Source: Candidatus Limnocylindrales bacterium
GTDB taxonomy: Bacteria; Moduliflexota; Moduliflexia; Moduliflexales; JAUQPW01
Length of the DNA stretch: 64,000 nucleotides
Assembly (NCBI GenBank): GCA_035559535.1
Contig: DATMBG010000022.1
Coordinates: 256,568 to 320,567 of the forward strand
Direction: 5' to 3'
Under the pieces are notes generated by a model. That model had not been told where the DNA came from. It saw only the letters and a list, made by a program, of their open reading frames with translations, and searched no databases. Each line of letters begins with the position of its first letter. The stretch's first letter is position 1. Shown here piece after piece: positions 60,864 through 64,000 of the stretch. Both the position numbers and the translations under genes were made by a program.

Positions 60864-61134
60864 GACCGTGCACCCAACCTTCGAATACCACTCCCCTGCG
60901 TTACAGTCTACAGTTAGCTCCGGTCAGGCACCCCCACGGCACACGAGAAAATCTCCTTAAGGCTGCTTCCGTCAGGACCTGACCTGGTTCGGAGCATCTC
61001 GTCGCGTGGGACCCAACCATCAACACCACTTATAGACTGTCTGACCAGAAGAATGGGACCCTCGGGTTGGGAATTAAACCCCGCTAAGCGGATTTCGGGT
61101 ACAGGGCACCGCTACCTCCCCGTCTAGCACGGTC
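60864..61134 (-). ncRNA. ffs: Large (Alu-domain, Bacillus-type) signal recognition particle RNA
   Basis: Reverse complement starts GACCGTGCTAGACGGGGAGGTAGCGGTGCCCTGTACC; helix 8 CAGGTCCTGACGGAAGCAGC; ends pair (GACCGTGC/GCACGGTC); about 271 nt; upstream of dnaX. Confidence 0.93.
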
Positions 61135-61142
61135 AACCGTAA

Positions 61143-61293
61143 AGTCTCGGAGACACAGGGGTATCGTCAGATGCGTCTCTAGACACGGGGTTTTAGGACG
61201 CGGGGACTGAGAGACACGGAGATGCGGGGAAATATCCTGCATCTCCGTGTCCTAAAACCCCTCGTCCCTCAAGTCCCCGCATCCCCCGGTCCG
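61143..61293. repeat. Intergenic octamer-type fold-back repeat (GGAGACAC/GGGGACGC family)
   Basis: GGACGCGGGGACTGAGAGACACGGAGATGCGGG pairs with CCTGCATCTCCGTGTC...AGTCCCCGCATCC. Confidence 0.8.
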
Positions 61294-61294
61294 G

Positions 61295-61388
<94 letters not shown>

Positions 61389-61501
61389 GGGAACTTCTCA
61401 GTGACCCTTTGCTTTCGTATAAGGTCTCTTATCAATATACATCTTTATCTTTTTTGGTGCGAGGAGAATTCTTTATCTTCTCCCCAATATTTAAAAGAGC
61501 A

Positions 61502-61589
61502 CGGAGAGGGGGGGATTCGAACCCCCGAGGGACATAAAATCCCTAATGACTTTCGAGGCCATCCCGTTCAACCACTCCGGCACCTCTCC
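61502..61589 (-). tRNA. tRNA-Ser(CGA)
   Basis: Anticodon arm ATGGC-CT-CGA-AA-GTCAT, long variable arm; CCA not encoded. Confidence 0.93.
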
Positions 61590-61633
61590 AGGGAAAAATC
61601 AAAAGTAGAACCAACCTGTATCTCGCCCCAGGC

Positions 61634-62110
61634 TTAACCCTTCCAAGACCCTACCGGGCGGAGGGTTTTAAAAAAAGTCTTTAAAATCTCGCTACAGGCC
61701 GCCTCCAGGATTCCGGAAGTGACTTCGATTTGATGATTTAACCGGGGGTCTTGAGCGAGGTTGTAAAGGGATCCTACTGCTCCTGCCTTGGGATCTGAGA
61801 CCCCATACACGAGATGCTGGATGCGAGCTAAAATTAACGCCCCCACACACATGCTACAGGGCTCCAAAGTTACATAAACGGTTGCATGGGGTAGCCGCCA
61901 GGAATTCAACTTCCGACAGGCTTCCCGGAGAGCCAGCACCTCTGCATGGGCCGTAGGGTCCTGTAGGGCTTCTCGTTGATTATGACCTTTTCCTACTATC
62001 TGACCTTCGACGACTACAAGGGCTCCTACGGGTACTTCACCTTCTTTGAAGGCCAGCCCGGCCTCTTGAAGGGCCAGGCGCATAAACTCTTCATGCCGAT
62101 GATTTTCCAT
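61634..62110 (-). CDS. tadA: tRNA-specific adenosine deaminase
   Basis: EVPVGA, DPTAHAE, TLEPCSMC, DPKAGA, LNH. Confidence 0.96.
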   Translation of the reverse strand: MENHRHEEFMRLALQEAGLAFKEGEVPVGALVVVEGQIVGKGHNQREALQDPTAHAEVLALREACRKLNSWRLPHATVYVTLEPCSMCVGALILARIQHLVYGVSDPKAGAVGSLYNLAQDPRLNHQIEVTSGILEAACSEILKTFFKTLRPVGSWKG

Positions 62111-62206
62111 AAAATCTACTTTTACTCCTACAGCACCTTATCTTTAAGAGTCGGCAGGACCTTCTGGAGCGTATCGAAGAAGGTAATACCCAGAGTAGAA
62201 AAGAAA

Positions 62207-62280
62207 TGCGCCCAGGAGGAGTCGAACCCCCAGCCTACAGATCCGTAGTCTGTTGCTCTATCCAATTGAGCTATGGGCGC
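62207..62280 (-). tRNA. tRNA-Arg(ACG)
   Basis: GCGCCCATAGCTCAATTGGATAGAGC-AACAGA-CT-ACG-GA-TCTGT...GGTTCGACTCC. Confidence 0.95.
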
Positions 62281-62297
62281 ACGACACAAACAAATTC

Positions 62298-62389
<92 letters not shown>

Positions 62390-62499
62390 CAGCCCCTCCC
62401 TCTCCCTCCCCGTATACGGGGAGGGCTGGGGTGGGACGCTGTTAAACTAACAATATATATTTTAATTGAAAACCCGATTTATTTCAACCTTTGTTTTAA

Positions 62500-62527
62500 G
62501 TACGGGCGCAAGGCATTGCGCCCCTAC
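62500..62527. repeat. GTAG-type REP-like palindrome (copy 2)
   Basis: GTACGGGCGCAAGGCATTGCGCCCCTAC. Confidence 0.75.
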
Positions 62528-62568
62528 CGGGTTCTGATCTCACAGCAATAAATTCTAAAATTTATAGG

Positions 62569-62655
62569 CGGAGAGGGAGGGATTCGAACCCCCGGACCTC
62601 GTAAAAGGTCTGCGGTTTTCAAGACCGCCCCGTTCGGCCACTCCGGCACCTCTCC
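62569..62655 (-). tRNA. tRNA-Ser(TGA)
   Basis: Anticodon arm GCGGT-CT-TGA-AA-ACCGC, long variable arm; starts 3 nt after the serS stop codon. Confidence 0.94.
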
Positions 62656-62658
62656 GAT

Positions 62659-63981
<1,323 letters not shown>

Positions 63982-64000
63982 CTAATCTAGGATAGATATC

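Noticed and set aside
62569-62655. tRNA with 'TGA' as a selenocysteine or opal-suppressor tRNA
   Set aside because: Anticodon UGA reads the Ser codon UCA; tRNA-Sec has anticodon UCA. The acceptor stem matches the other tRNA-Ser genes.

Overview
Bacterial chromosomal window, apparently a diderm (alpha-2-macroglobulin/PbpC pair, PQQ enzyme, Tat exports). It has about 45 CDS, 7 tRNAs (2 Pro, all 4 Ser isoacceptors, Arg-ACG) and a large Alu-domain SRP RNA in a serS-tRNA-tadA-ffs-dnaX-ybaB-recR block. No CRISPR array, prophage or transposase is supported. Most genes are housekeeping or ordinary accessory genes. The standout is at 50.3-55.4 kb. A CheW domain is fused to three degenerate NuoE/HydC N-terminal helical repeats, and a fourth repeat lies hidden in the following 'intergenic' gap. 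Next come HydB/NuoF-like and HydA-like genes whose Fe-S ligands are mostly intact but whose NADH/FMN motifs and H-cluster diiron-pocket residues are substituted. I infer a non-catalytic, hydrogenase-derived redox sensor wired to a chemosensory system; this is untested. Other notable items: a PQQ dehydrogenase with the lanthanide D-x-D ligand beside a sulfocyanin-like copper protein, sdhAB without sdhC behind a structured leader, an orphan N4-C-type methyltransferase between REP-like hairpins, a probable non-canonical start for rluD, an unannotated 31-aa membrane peptide, and many intergenic 7-8-mer fold-back repeats. All family calls come from motif recognition by eye; no searches were run.
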